A stretch of DNA of 64,000 nt from an uncultured archaeon (lineage in GTDB: Archaea > Asgardarchaeota > Thorarchaeia > Thorarchaeales > Thorarchaeaceae). Within the stretch, counting starts at the first letter, position 1. The number at the start of each line of letters is the position of its first letter. Shown here piece by piece: positions 1 to 10,634 of this stretch. The stretch lies in contig CAYYQL010000006.1 in NCBI GenBank assembly GCA_964473825.1, positions 32,001 through 96,000 on the forward strand. The letters are read 5' to 3'. A model generated the notes under the pieces. It searched no databases. It had not been told where the DNA came from and saw only the letters and a list, made by a program, of their open reading frames with translations. Made by a program: the position numbers and the translations under genes.

Positions 1-759
1 ACAGTACATCTGCAGACACTGGGAGCCCACGTCTTTAGGGTCAGGAAAGAAGACGAGGGCGTGGATCCAACAACCACGCTCCTGAAAAAAGCGTGCAATG
101 AGTTTGGCTGGGTACCGATTCCGTCCTTCGGACCTTTCAATTGCTTTCAGTTCGAGGGAAACAAGACGATAGGATATGAAGTGTCAGAGCAGATGGAGTG
201 GGAACCCCCAGAGTGGGTGCTCTTTCCCACAGGTAGTGGGGGGCTGATGGCAGGTACTATGAAGGGGTTCGTCGAATACGAACAGCTTGGCTTCATAGAA
301 GATATACCACGACCTGTTGTGGTTCAACCAGAGGGCTGTTCACCCATAGTGCGTGCCTTTCAAGACCAGGTTGAGCCAGATAATATTATACCCTGGGACT
401 CGAATGAAACTGTTGCGGGAGGCCTCGCAGACCCCTTCCCCTGGGATGGGGACGCAGCGCTCAAGTACCTAGATGAACTGGAGGGGCAGGCGGTTTCAGT
501 CACTGATGAGAAGATAAAGGAGTATATGCTTCGTCTTGCCACCCTTGAGGGAATATTCGCGGAACCAAGCGGAGTCGCAGCACTGGCAGGTCTTGAGATT
601 CTGCTGTCTGATGGCGTCATCAATTCAAGAGATTCAATATTGGTGCCAATAACGGGTTCAGGATTCAAAGATCTCGCCCTCGCTCAGACCCTTACTACTG
701 AGGCTCCTGTAATCAGACCAAGAACAGAAGATCTCAACAAGCATCTTGGAGTGGACTAG
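1..759 (+). CDS. thrC: Threonine synthase (5'-truncated by window edge)
   Basis: Frame open from base 1; EGNKTIGYE, PTGSGG, GIFAEPSG and ITGSGFKD motifs of PLP fold-II threonine synthases. Confidence 0.85.
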   Translation, partial: TVHLQTLGAHVFRVRKEDEGVDPTTTLLKKACNEFGWVPIPSFGPFNCFQFEGNKTIGYEVSEQMEWEPPEWVLFPTGSGGLMAGTMKGFVEYEQLGFIEDIPRPVVVQPEGCSPIVRAFQDQVEPDNIIPWDSNETVAGGLADPFPWDGDAALKYLDELEGQAVSVTDEKIKEYMLRLATLEGIFAEPSGVAALAGLEILLSDGVINSRDSILVPITGSGFKDLALAQTLTTEAPVIRPRTEDLNKHLGVD

Positions 760-760
760 C

Positions 761-1210
761 ATGAATGCTGAGATGAAGCAATTCATGGATGAGGCAATCC
801 GAGAAGCAGAGAGGAGCCTAGAAGAGGGCGGAATTCCTATTGGCTCGGTTCTAGTGATTGATGGAGATATAGTTGGAAAGGGACACAACAGACGCATACA
901 GAAAGGAAGCGCCATTCTTCATGCAGAGATGGACTGTCTTGAAAATGCGGGCAGATTGTCTGCCTCCAAGTATAGACGCTCTACTCTCTATTCCACATTA
1001 TCGCCTTGCGATATGTGTAGCGGAGCGGTATTGCTGTACAGAATACCCAAGGTTGTAATCGGTGAGAACAAGAATTTCAGCGGGCCCGAAGACTATCTGA
1101 GAGAGCGAGGCGTCAACGTGGTCGTCCTCGACGATAGAGAGTGTGTTACGCTGATGGAGAGCTTCATCAAATCCAGACCGGATGTCTGGAGAGAGGACAT
1201 TGGAGAGTGA
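761..1210 (+). CDS. Zn-dependent nucleoside/cytosine deaminase
   Basis: HAEMDC...SPCDMC deaminase motifs; ATG at 761 follows the thrC stop. Confidence 0.9.
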   Translation: MNAEMKQFMDEAIREAERSLEEGGIPIGSVLVIDGDIVGKGHNRRIQKGSAILHAEMDCLENAGRLSASKYRRSTLYSTLSPCDMCSGAVLLYRIPKVVIGENKNFSGPEDYLRERGVNVVVLDDRECVTLMESFIKSRPDVWREDIGE

Positions 1211-1243
1211 GGCTCTCCGAATTGCGCTCGGTGGTAGTGGTTC

Positions 1244-2212
1244 ATGAAGACAAGAGATAGGAAACAGAAAGCGAGGGAGTTGGCTCAGAGATTCGGATAT
1301 CTTCCCTACATGACCGAGAGATACCTGGCTCTATGGGGAGAGAACGAAACAATCGAATTCCTACAGGCATGTGAGAAGCCCCCTAGAACATCAATTCGAG
1401 TCAACACTCTGAAGACTGGAAAGAAGGAGCTCATGGAAGCACTCGACAAAAAGGATGTGGCTCTGGAGGAGATTTCATGGCTCGAAGAGGGCCTATATGC
1501 CGACTTCCAAGGATTCTCCCCAGGTTCACTCACAGAGTACATGCTAGGACACTACTATGTCCAAGGAGTCCCTTCGATGGCTGTGGTGAAGGCGCTTGAC
1601 CCTAGACCAGACGAAACTGTCTTCGACCTGGCAGCTGCACCGGGAGGGAAGACAACTCATATTGCTCAGCTGATGGATAACTCAGGGAAGGTCGTTGCCA
1701 TCGAACAGGACCGTGAGAGAATCAGGAGCCTTGAAAGCAACATTCTCCGTTGCGGAGTGAAGAATTCGATTGTTCTAAGAGGAGATGCCCGCAAACTAGA
1801 TGAGCTTGAAATAGAACCGGACAGGATTCTGTTGGATGCTCCCTGTTCCGGGGAGGGGCTCCTAGCAGTTGACCCCGAACGTAAGACCAGCAAGAGCATG
1901 GCGGATATCAGATTCTGCGCTACTATCGAGGATCAACTCCTTGACGCAGCAGTCCAATCTCTCCGTTCAGGAGGGGTTATTCTCTACTCAACATGTTCGA
2001 TTGCTCCTGAGGAGGGCGAGTATATTGTGGATGGAATGCTGCGTAAGCATCCAAATCTCAAACTCATTGACATTGAACCGAAGATGGGTGTGCCTGCGTT
2101 CACATCTCCATATGGTGTACAGATGGACGAGTCATTAGAGAAGGCAAGACGGTTGCTACCGCACCTACACGGAACTGAGGGGTTTTTCATTTGCAAGATG
2201 ATGAAGGATTGA
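1244..2212 (+). CDS. RsmB/NOP2-family RNA m5C methyltransferase
   Basis: DLAAAPGGKT, ILLDAPCSG and YSTCS motifs. Confidence 0.92.
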   Translation: MKTRDRKQKARELAQRFGYLPYMTERYLALWGENETIEFLQACEKPPRTSIRVNTLKTGKKELMEALDKKDVALEEISWLEEGLYADFQGFSPGSLTEYMLGHYYVQGVPSMAVVKALDPRPDETVFDLAAAPGGKTTHIAQLMDNSGKVVAIEQDRERIRSLESNILRCGVKNSIVLRGDARKLDELEIEPDRILLDAPCSGEGLLAVDPERKTSKSMADIRFCATIEDQLLDAAVQSLRSGGVILYSTCSIAPEEGEYIVDGMLRKHPNLKLIDIEPKMGVPAFTSPYGVQMDESLEKARRLLPHLHGTEGFFICKMMKD

Positions 2213-2268
2213 AATGATCATGAAATGGATCTCAACAACTCCGCAACCAGATCAGAAAAGAAAGACGG

Positions 2269-2817
2269 GTGAGATGCATGGTTAGTCTTATTGAACCCCA
2301 CTTCTGGGATGACATTAAGAGCCAGGTTGATAGAGACTTCGGAGAAGGAGTGACACAGAGACTACTGGGAAAGAGAGCCCCAGTGGTCATCGATCGTGGA
2401 AAGAAGCAGTCGGTCTATTTCATCCCAATGGATTGGGTTCATCTCGTTGACTCTGATTTTGGGAGATTCAGGCTTCGATGCCTTGGGACTTGGCTCGGCG
2501 AAATGTCGGGAGATACGTTAATGCTCAGCATCGGCATACTTGCAGAACTAGACCCTCTAACTGAGAGCAAGATAACAGTACATAGAAGGGGTGCAGAGGC
2601 CTTCACCTACGGAAGAAGCATTCTAAAGGAGTCTGTGTTCTCTCTTCCGAGTCATCTAAGCCGCGGACAACGTGTCCTTGTCATCGATGAACATGGTGCC
2701 TGTATTGGAATGGCTGCTCTGGCCATTGACGCAACACTTCTTGACCGTTTGGGACAGGAGAAGCTTGTGGCCAAGAATCTCGTTGATATCGGCTGGTATC
2801 TAAGACGCTATAGTTAG
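2269..2817 (+). CDS. NIP7-like PUA-domain ribosome biogenesis protein
   Basis: AEAFTYGRSI and KNLVDIGWYLR motifs; usual neighbour of archaeal NOP2; start uncertain. Confidence 0.75.
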   Translation: MRCMVSLIEPHFWDDIKSQVDRDFGEGVTQRLLGKRAPVVIDRGKKQSVYFIPMDWVHLVDSDFGRFRLRCLGTWLGEMSGDTLMLSIGILAELDPLTESKITVHRRGAEAFTYGRSILKESVFSLPSHLSRGQRVLVIDEHGACIGMAALAIDATLLDRLGQEKLVAKNLVDIGWYLRRYS

Positions 2818-3557
2818 ACGAACATGTCCGTGGAACGGTCTTCGGACTCTATGGACTTTCGCATCTTTTCCAAGCGTTCAATCTCTTTGCTCTCCTCGAG
2901 GAGCTGGTCTACGTCTGCATCCAACCCGTATACTTCATTGATCTTGCCGAGCATGGTAGCTGCTGAGCGTGGATCGGGCCTACCGCGAGTGGCATAGGTC
3001 AAGAGGCCAAGCGCTGGTGCGTTGCGCATTTCAAGTTCGGCCAGAAGGAGAGCCAAGGGTCCGGCCACGAATAGACCTTCCTCCAAGACTGGAACGTTCC
3101 ACTTTTCCAGCTGGGGAGCATAGGCGGATGTGGGAACGCATCGCATATCCTCATCATCTTCTTGGAAACTGGCATCCAGCCCTCCCAGAAGAAGTATGTC
3201 CGCGAATTGATGTGTGCTGATCCATTCAGCAAGACGGCCGACAAAATTCCATTGTTCTGACTGATGAGGCTGGAAACGCGGGACTAGGAATACAATCTTC
3301 TCGTGGATATATATCTCGAAGGGTAGAACTAGTTTCTCATCTTCTATGGAAACAAAGAGGGGTAGCATATCGCTACGTATGAAGCCAATTTGTTGAGCAT
3401 CGAGTGTCCGAGCCAGATGTGCAGTGCTCAAGAATCCGACTTCGCCAAGTCCGTGAAATCCACATACAAATGTAGCATTCTTGGGTATCTTGACCCCATC
3501 CTTCAGAATTATCTCGAAATGTGAATCCCTTGTTGATACGAATGCCATTACGGTCAA
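2814..3557 (-). CDS. PAC2-family proteasome assembly chaperone
   Basis: GFHGLGEVG, ILLLGG and RPDPRSAA motifs. Confidence 0.85.
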   Translation of the reverse strand: MTVMAFVSTRDSHFEIILKDGVKIPKNATFVCGFHGLGEVGFLSTAHLARTLDAQQIGFIRSDMLPLFVSIEDEKLVLPFEIYIHEKIVFLVPRFQPHQSEQWNFVGRLAEWISTHQFADILLLGGLDASFQEDDEDMRCVPTSAYAPQLEKWNVPVLEEGLFVAGPLALLLAELEMRNAPALGLLTYATRGRPDPRSAATMLGKINEVYGLDADVDQLLEESKEIERLEKMRKSIESEDRSTDMFV

Positions 3558-3849
3558 ACCTCATGTCTTCAAATGGACAGTCTCACGTAGACTATCAGTG
3601 TTCATTAAGGAGCCACTGAGGACGTCCTTTTGTATCTGTGTATAATGCAGTTCTTGCAAGTATCATTGAGAATCGCCCGTCAGAAACTTCTCTATTCCGC
3701 CAGTACCCATCAGCATTCGCAGACCGAATCGCTCACTTTCTTCATTCATTGGAGACCCGGACTTTTTGTCGAGAGAGTATGCGAAAAACTAATAGCACTT
3801 GATAACCTCTACTATATAGTAGATATGCTATCAGGGGGGCGAAACCACC

Positions 3850-6069
3850 TTGAGTACGCTAAGAGAATTGGAACTTGAACGGATATCTCCACATCTGCTA
3901 GAGATACTAAGAAGACAGGGATACGCATCACTCAGTGAGTTCCAGAAGAGTGCATTAAGGGAGGGATTGATGCGTGACGAAAACATCATCATGCAGACGC
4001 ATGACTTCGATGAGGCGTACAGGATAGGCGAGATTGCGCTACTAAACCAGGTGGCATCAAACTTCCGAGCAAGAGGCATCATCCTCTGTCAGAACCCTCA
4101 TCAGGCGGAGAAACGGCTCTCCTCACTGAGCAAGAAGTGCAGCAGGCTTGGAATTAGGGTGACTCCGATAATAAGGAGAAGAGAAGCCACCGGCATCCTA
4201 CCAACACGCGAAAGAGTCATTGTGGCCACAATTCGCTCACTAGGTATTGCCATTCAGTCGCAACCTGGCCTGCTAGATGATGTTAAGTCGATACTAGTGG
4301 AGAGGATAGATAGGATAGGACAACCGAATTATGGTGCAACTCTCGAGGGGATTCTGGTCAACCTCATGGGTGTTTCTGAGAGGGTTCAGTATATTGCCAC
4401 ATGTCCTCCTGTGGCAGACATAGACGATCTAAGTAGATGGTTGAAGGCGGAGGTCGTTGAAGATCCAGAGCCAGAGATTAAGCGAATCTTCAGTGTGAAG
4501 GCCTTCCCTAGTATGGCCGAGTCACTCGCGGATCTTGCAGAATTTGTCCACTACAAAGAGGGACAGATCATGATACTCTGCTCAGACATCGATTCCGCGG
4601 AAGAGCTTGCGTATCAACTCACTGGCATTGATGATGTTCACGAAGACGCAGTACTAGACCTGCGACTCCTGCCTGAGAACCGCGACGAGTTAATTCGGCT
4701 TGCACAACAGATTGGAAGGCATTTCTTCGATTGCGAGTTGACTGACAGACTTCAGGATGTTGTTTCTAGGGGGGTTGCATTCTTTCATGAGGGAGTGCCC
4801 AGAATCCAAAGACGGATGATATCAGAGGCGTGGGAGGAACAGGTTCTCCCCGTCCTTGTAATGCCAACTCGTTTTGCGATTGCGAGCGGCCTCCGCGCCA
4901 CGGTTGTCTTCCTCCTTGGCGCATACATGAGGGACGTGTATTCGGACTTATCTGGTCAAGAGGATCTCACAGTCTTATCAGAACTTCAGCTGTCCGATGT
5001 TCTCGAAAGGGCCGGCAGACCAACATTGGATAAAGAGGGGTTTGGAATAGTAGTAGTGGGCAGCGACGCGGAAAGGAGGCGCGTACTTGAGAGGTATTTC
5101 ATCAAAGATGAGGACCGAAATATATCGCCAAGGCTCGGAGAGGTTGACAGCTCCATGGACGACCCGGAGAACTTTCAGGATCTCCTCCTGAATCAGCTTT
5201 GTGCGGATTCAGACAGCTCCGATAATCCCTTCTCAATTCTTGACCGAACATACTGGGCCGCCTCGAAACGCAAAGTCGGTATCACAGCCGACTTGATGTC
5301 TCCAGTTGAGAACGCCAATGCTGAAACACTGATAGACCTCAGGACCAACAAGTCCACCCGCACCCGAGCGGCAGACATTCCAGATTCAAGTGTCAGAATA
5401 GTATCAGTGACTCCATCCAAGATCGAAGGCCTGGTCCATAGTGGCTCACGGGAGCTCTGGCACTTTGTGGCCCTAAGAGCTGCCGAGGGCGTATCTTGTT
5501 CGTGCGAAGCATGGAAGTATCAGGGTATAAGCAGGCATCGCCTTTGCAAACACCTTGTGAAGTTCTCGAAGTTTGCTTTGGAAGACAATGATACGCGGCC
5601 TTATGCAGCTTCAGTCATCGAACAGGCACTTCGAGGGCTCAGCCTAATCGACGAATTGGAACAGGAAGGTCTGGTTGTGAGAGAAGATAACAGAATCAAG
5701 TGTACGGTGCTCGGAGGTAGCGTCGCAAGACTAGGAGTTCCGGTCGGCGATGCGAGACAGGCCCTGAAGGCGCTCTCCGATAAGAAGGGGGATCTCTACT
5801 CCATCCTACAGAGACTCTTGGTGAGTCGAACAGGTCTATCGGAAGACCTCATCCATGAAGTGCTCTCGTCCCTTCCCGCAGATTCCATTGAGCAGATAGG
5901 AAAGTGTGCAGAGCATATGCCCGGTGTTGTTGAGAACCTGCTCGAAGAGTCTCAGTATGTGAATTCCATTCTCCTTAGCCTCATGGCTAAAGATAAACGG
6001 AATGAACTCGGTCGAAGAAGCCTAGAGTTGCAAGACTCACTTATGACTCTCCTAGAAGACCATTCTTAG
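3850..6069 (+). CDS. Degenerate Hel308/Ski2-like SF2 helicase with inserted SWIM zinc finger
   Basis: LSEFQ Q-motif, RGVAFFHEG and GRP..DKEG retained; Walker A and DExH replaced; CSC-x13-CKH SWIM. Confidence 0.8.
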   Translation: MSTLRELELERISPHLLEILRRQGYASLSEFQKSALREGLMRDENIIMQTHDFDEAYRIGEIALLNQVASNFRARGIILCQNPHQAEKRLSSLSKKCSRLGIRVTPIIRRREATGILPTRERVIVATIRSLGIAIQSQPGLLDDVKSILVERIDRIGQPNYGATLEGILVNLMGVSERVQYIATCPPVADIDDLSRWLKAEVVEDPEPEIKRIFSVKAFPSMAESLADLAEFVHYKEGQIMILCSDIDSAEELAYQLTGIDDVHEDAVLDLRLLPENRDELIRLAQQIGRHFFDCELTDRLQDVVSRGVAFFHEGVPRIQRRMISEAWEEQVLPVLVMPTRFAIASGLRATVVFLLGAYMRDVYSDLSGQEDLTVLSELQLSDVLERAGRPTLDKEGFGIVVVGSDAERRRVLERYFIKDEDRNISPRLGEVDSSMDDPENFQDLLLNQLCADSDSSDNPFSILDRTYWAASKRKVGITADLMSPVENANAETLIDLRTNKSTRTRAADIPDSSVRIVSVTPSKIEGLVHSGSRELWHFVALRAAEGVSCSCEAWKYQGISRHRLCKHLVKFSKFALEDNDTRPYAASVIEQALRGLSLIDELEQEGLVVREDNRIKCTVLGGSVARLGVPVGDARQALKALSDKKGDLYSILQRLLVSRTGLSEDLIHEVLSSLPADSIEQIGKCAEHMPGVVENLLEESQYVNSILLSLMAKDKRNELGRRSLELQDSLMTLLEDHS

Positions 6070-6150
6070 TTGCCGGCACTCAAGCTTTTTATGGTAGCTC
6101 CTTTTGGCCCCGACTAGAAGCAATGTTCATTTTCTCATTGGTGAAAGGTA

Positions 6151-7296
6151 ATGAAACTGTTCGAACATGAGGCAAAAGATATCTTTCGGGAGTTCAAGAT
6201 GCCAACACCTCCCGGAGGTGTAGCAAAGACACCCGGAGAAGCGAAAAAGAGGGCCAAAGAGATTGGCAAACCGGTTGTTGTGAAGGCTCAGGTTCTCTCA
6301 GGTAAGAGAGGGAAGGCAGGCGGAGTGAAATTTGCAGATACTCCTGAAGAAGCTGAGAAACTCGCGGCAGAAATCTTGGAAATGCGAATTAACGACCTTC
6401 CTGTGGAAGCAGTTCTGGTCGAAGAAAAACTGAATGTCGCTCAAGAAATCTATGCAGGAATAACTATCGACCGGAATACACGACAGTATGTCGTGATCGG
6501 CAGTTCTTCGGGGGGAATGTCGATCGAAGAGCTTGCTGAAAGGAGTCCCGAGAAGATAATCAAGAAACCTGTTGACCCATTTCTCGGGTTCCAAGCGTAC
6601 GAGGCCCAAGAGATGGCTGTGGCAATGGGCTTTGAGGGCAAGGATATTCTCAAACTTGCTGGCTTTTTCCTGAAACTCTGGAAGATAGTCGAGAAGTACG
6701 ATGTCGAACTGACAGAGATCAACCCCCTGATACTGACGGATGAAGGAGAGTTTCTTGCAGCAGATGCGAGGCTCAATATTGACAACAATGCACTCTACAG
6801 ACATCAAGACCTGATGAAGAGTCTCGAAAGAAAGCCTCACGAACAGAATAAGAGGGAGCGCTTGGCTACTGAGGAGGGGATGGCATACGTTGAGTTAGAC
6901 GGCAACATAGCCTGTATCTGTAATGGTGCAGGACTCACTATGGCCACGCTCGATGCGGTTGAACTCTATGGAGGCAAGGCGAGTACGTTTCTCGACCTCG
7001 GTGGAGGAGCAGATGCTAAACGGGTGGAACGCGGTGTAGAGATAGCACTGATGTATCCGAAGGTCAAGGCCATACTGGTCAACATCATGGCCGGTATTAC
7101 TCGTTGTGATGAGGTGGCCCAAGGTCTGATATCTGCTAGAGATGATGGAGATATTACAGTCCCCCTAGTTGTCAGAATGGTCGGTACCAATGAAGAGAAG
7201 GGACAGAAGATGTTGGATGAAGCAGGAATACCTTTCCTGGAAACCATGGAAGAGGCGGCTAGAAGGGTCGTTGATATCGTACAGGAGGAGAAGTAG
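6151..7296 (+). CDS. sucC: Succinyl-CoA synthetase beta subunit
   Basis: MKLFEHEAK, VVKAQV, RGKAGGVK, EINPL and NGAGLTMAT motifs. Confidence 0.96.
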   Translation: MKLFEHEAKDIFREFKMPTPPGGVAKTPGEAKKRAKEIGKPVVVKAQVLSGKRGKAGGVKFADTPEEAEKLAAEILEMRINDLPVEAVLVEEKLNVAQEIYAGITIDRNTRQYVVIGSSSGGMSIEELAERSPEKIIKKPVDPFLGFQAYEAQEMAVAMGFEGKDILKLAGFFLKLWKIVEKYDVELTEINPLILTDEGEFLAADARLNIDNNALYRHQDLMKSLERKPHEQNKRERLATEEGMAYVELDGNIACICNGAGLTMATLDAVELYGGKASTFLDLGGGADAKRVERGVEIALMYPKVKAILVNIMAGITRCDEVAQGLISARDDGDITVPLVVRMVGTNEEKGQKMLDEAGIPFLETMEEAARRVVDIVQEEK

Positions 7297-8166
7297 ATGG
7301 CGGTATTGGTAGACAAGGGCACAAGAGTGATCATCCAAGGAATAACGGGCGCTCAGGGAACATTTCATTCTCAAGCCATGAAGGAGTACGGTACCAGAGT
7401 CGTCGCAGGGGTCACCCCAGGCAAAGGGGGGCAAGAGATTGCAGGGATACCGGTCTATGATACTGTTGCACAGGCAAAAGAGGAGGAGAACGCAACAGCC
7501 TCAGTCATCTTCGTTCCCGCCCGTTTCGCAACCGACGCTGCACTGGAAGCGATCGCAGCAGACCTGAATCCCGTCGTCATAATAACGGAGCACGTACCTG
7601 TACGTGACGAGATTCGCGTGATACATGCTGCAGCAAGAAAGGGCATCACCATAATCGGCCCGAACACACCGGGTATTATCACTCCAGGAGCCAAACAGAA
7701 ACTTGGGATCATGCCAGGTCATGTCTTCTCGGCTGGCGATATAGGACTGATGTCTAGAAGCGGTACACTGACCTATGAGATTGCAGCAGGTATGACTGAC
7801 GCGGGCATTGGTATAACCACGGCAATCGGACTGGGCGGCGACCCCTGTGTTGGCCTCACCACGCTCGAGGCTGTCAAACTCTTCGAGAAGGATAAGGACA
7901 CCAAGGGGATGGTTCTCGTTGGTGAGATTGGTGGCGATGCCGAAGAACGGGCTGCTACGTACATCAAAGAGCACATCAATGTCCCTGTTGTTGGCTTCAT
8001 CGCAGGGCGAACGGCACCTCCAGGCAAGAGAATGGGTCATGCAGGAGCAATAATCAGTGGCGGATCAGGAACAGCAGCCTCCAAGATTGAGGCGTTGAAC
8101 TCAGCGGGTGTGAAAGTCGCTAAAAAGCCAAGCGACATCGCTCGGCTGCTCGAAGAGGCTATGTAG
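7297..8166 (+). CDS. sucD: Succinyl-CoA synthetase alpha subunit
   Basis: QGITG, GVTPGKGG, SRSGTLTYE and RMGHAGAI motifs. Confidence 0.96.
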   Translation: MAVLVDKGTRVIIQGITGAQGTFHSQAMKEYGTRVVAGVTPGKGGQEIAGIPVYDTVAQAKEEENATASVIFVPARFATDAALEAIAADLNPVVIITEHVPVRDEIRVIHAAARKGITIIGPNTPGIITPGAKQKLGIMPGHVFSAGDIGLMSRSGTLTYEIAAGMTDAGIGITTAIGLGGDPCVGLTTLEAVKLFEKDKDTKGMVLVGEIGGDAEERAATYIKEHINVPVVGFIAGRTAPPGKRMGHAGAIISGGSGTAASKIEALNSAGVKVAKKPSDIARLLEEAM

Positions 8167-8284
8167 GACGTCTGTTCTTCAGCTGAGTCGATGTTAGAAC
8201 GATAGTTTTTTAACACGACTCGGCTGGGAAGCCTGAGGCGGCTCACGAGACCATCAACCGCCTTTACGCAAAGAGGTCTACAAA

Positions 8285-8443
8285 ATGCCAGTTGCAGATA
8301 TTGAAAAGCGCAGGTTAGCTCAACACTACTTGCTCTACAAGTCGGTGTGTCGCGAGTGCGGAGCAACAAATCCGTATAAGGCTAAGAAGTGCAGAAAGTG
8401 CAAGGGTAAAGACCTCCGACCGAAGAGGCGCTCCAGAAGATAG
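8285..8443 (+). CDS. rpl40e: 50S ribosomal protein L40e (not in ORF track)
   Basis: Hand translation [52 protein letters not shown]; CxxC..NP..CxxC..LRPK. Confidence 0.93.
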   Translation: MPVADIEKRRLAQHYLLYKSVCRECGATNPYKAKKCRKCKGKDLRPKRRSRR

Positions 8444-8472
8444 TAACCATCTTGCGTGGCCAGTCTTATGAT

Positions 8473-8548
8473 GGGCCGGTGGTCTAGGGGTTATGACATC
8501 GCTCTCACACAGCGAGAATCAGGAGTTCGAATCTCCTCCGGCCCACCA
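8473..8548 (+). tRNA. tRNA-Val(CAC), intronless, CCA encoded
   Basis: GGGCCGG/CCGGCCC acceptor stem, TCGCT-CTCACAC-AGCGA anticodon arm, TTCGAAT T-loop. Confidence 0.95.
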
Positions 8549-8584
8549 CAATCAAACTCAGCACACTTGAAAGAGGCTTAACAC

Positions 8585-8800
8585 ATGCCAAAGCAAATCC
8601 ACGATGTCGAGAAATTCCTCGAGATGACCGAGGATGCAACTGAATGTCGCGTCAAGAGGGGTTCAGACCAGGTCAAGCTTAAACTACGAACCACCAAGTA
8701 TCTCTATACACTCATTTTGGAGCCACAAGAGGCCGAGGCAGTTATCGAACAGGTCAAGTGTCAGGTTGTTGAGGCACGGCCAGAACCAGAGGAGATCTAG
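8585..8800 (+). CDS. rpl38e: 50S ribosomal protein L38e
   Basis: MPKQI.DVEKFL and VKLKLRTTKYLYTL signatures. Confidence 0.92.
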   Translation: MPKQIHDVEKFLEMTEDATECRVKRGSDQVKLKLRTTKYLYTLILEPQEAEAVIEQVKCQVVEARPEPEEI

Positions 8801-8802
8801 CT

Positions 8803-10068
8803 CTAGATCTCCACGGTTTCGTCAGTCTCGGGTACATGTGCAGTTTTGCCTTTCTTTGTGAGCTTCTCTTGAAGTGCATCAGCTGACTCTGACTCACCGT
8901 GTACAATGTGGAACTCAGGCTCACCGGGGATCTTCATGAGCAAGTCCAGAAGACCCTCTGAGTCAGAATGGCTACTCAGATGATGATACATAATCTGAGC
9001 CTTCACGTCGTACTCTCTATTGCGGATGGTCACCTTTTTCTTCTCGAGCAGTTCTGCACCGGGTGTACCGGGAATCTGATAGCTCACCAGCACAATGGCA
9101 TTGTTGGGATTATCATGCACATCCAGGAAATACCTGTGTGATGCACCACCCTTGAGCATGCCTGCAGGTGAGATGATGATGCCGTTAGACTGTGCAGCCA
9201 TCTTCCGGTCCTTGTTGGTCCGAATGGTCCGAATTCTCTGCATCGCCTGTTTGAATGCCTTTGGCGAGCCTATGTAGTTCGGATGCTTCAAGATTATCTC
9301 GTTCACTTTACGGGCCATTCCATCAACATAGATTGGATACTCTTTCGGAATGTTATACTGCTCAAGAATACACATGATTTCTTGGCTACGGCCCACAGCA
9401 AACGCCGGGATCAAAACTGTACCACCGCGTTCTAGGGTTTCGAGAACTGTATCAACGAGAGCATGTTCGATTTCTTCTCGGTCAGGGTTTCGTCTTCTGG
9501 CATATGTGCTCTCAGTGACGACTACGTCGTGCTTTGGCAGGTTCTTCCTCGCACCAGAGCAGAGTCTTGATTCATCTCCGTTGAAGTCGCCAGTGAATAG
9601 CACTCTCTTTCCATTCACTCTAACCGATACCATAGCGCTTCCAGGAATGTGGCCTGCATTGAAGAGTGTGATCTCAAAACTCCGGCCTAGTGGAAAAGTC
9701 TCTTCGTATGGTGTATGATTGTACTGCCGCCTCAGGCGGGTTATGTCTTTTCGGGTGAATGGTAGACGCCCTTTAGAGATATGATACATGTCACGAAGAA
9801 GGAGCATCGTAAGATCACGAGTTGCAGGAGTGCAAAACAGTTGAATGTCAGGATTCTTCAGGATGATTGGGACGCCGCCCGAATGATCAAGATGTGCGTG
9901 AGTGATTGCAACGCCCTGTAGGTCATGAGTTGGTACAGTGGCTGGAAAGGCTGGAGGGTTCTGGAATTTGACGCCGTAATCTACGAGCATGGATTCGCCG
10001 TTTTCTTTGATAAGGAATCCTGAGCGTCCAATCTCTCTACAAGAACCCAGAAACGTTAATTGTGTCAT
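8803..10068 (-). CDS. Beta-CASP metallo-beta-lactamase ribonuclease (aCPSF2-like, no KH domains)
   Basis: HAHLDHSG, AGHIPGS, ESTY and PAFAVGRSQE motifs. Confidence 0.9.
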   Translation of the reverse strand: MTQLTFLGSCREIGRSGFLIKENGESMLVDYGVKFQNPPAFPATVPTHDLQGVAITHAHLDHSGGVPIILKNPDIQLFCTPATRDLTMLLLRDMYHISKGRLPFTRKDITRLRRQYNHTPYEETFPLGRSFEITLFNAGHIPGSAMVSVRVNGKRVLFTGDFNGDESRLCSGARKNLPKHDVVVTESTYARRRNPDREEIEHALVDTVLETLERGGTVLIPAFAVGRSQEIMCILEQYNIPKEYPIYVDGMARKVNEIILKHPNYIGSPKAFKQAMQRIRTIRTNKDRKMAAQSNGIIISPAGMLKGGASHRYFLDVHDNPNNAIVLVSYQIPGTPGAELLEKKKVTIRNREYDVKAQIMYHHLSSHSDSEGLLDLLMKIPGEPEFHIVHGESESADALQEKLTKKGKTAHVPETDETVEI

Positions 10069-10256
10069 CTATTCTACTTCCAAGGATAAGGCCGATGGAT
10101 TCTCAAGAAAAGGTTTGCGAAACAGTACATTGTGCATCTATCGAAAACTGTGCTAGTCTTTCTCTTTCATATTTGTCAATGTAATCGAAATCAATATTAG
10201 AACCACAACGCTTTATCAATGAGTCATATATAGCAACGACTGCGGAGAGAGCTTGG

Positions 10257-10565
10257 GTGACGGAGGAAGAATCCGGGAGCAGACCAAGAAAGAAACACAG
10301 CGAATCTACGATTCTCGTCGGGTCCAAGAACGTGATGTCCTACGTACTGGCGTGCAAGACGCTATTCGACAAGGGTGCATCTGAAGTCTCAATCAAAGCG
10401 AGGGGACGACTGGTCAGTAGAGCAGTAGATGTGGCAGAAATCACACGGCACAGATTCATGCCTGACCTTGAGGTGAAGGACATCATAATCGGTACTACTA
10501 CAGTGCAGACAGACAAAGGTAGCGACCTGAACGTTTCGACCATCAACATCATTCTTGCAAAGTAG
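10257..10565 (+). CDS. albA: Chromatin protein Alba
   Basis: [10 protein letters not shown] and [17 protein letters not shown] motifs. Confidence 0.93.
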   Translation: MTEEESGSRPRKKHSESTILVGSKNVMSYVLACKTLFDKGASEVSIKARGRLVSRAVDVAEITRHRFMPDLEVKDIIIGTTTVQTDKGSDLNVSTINIILAK

Positions 10566-10634
10566 TAAACAGAACGTTCATATGGCACTCGACACGAACT
10601 AGTTGTGTCCAGAGCTTGGGCGAGGTTTCATTTC

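Noticed and set aside
7294-7299. sucC TAG directly in frame with the sucD ATG (possible read-through fusion or amber recoding)
   Set aside because: TAG ends many conserved genes here at their expected length (sucD, rpl40e, psmB, aCPSF1); ordinary translational coupling explains it.
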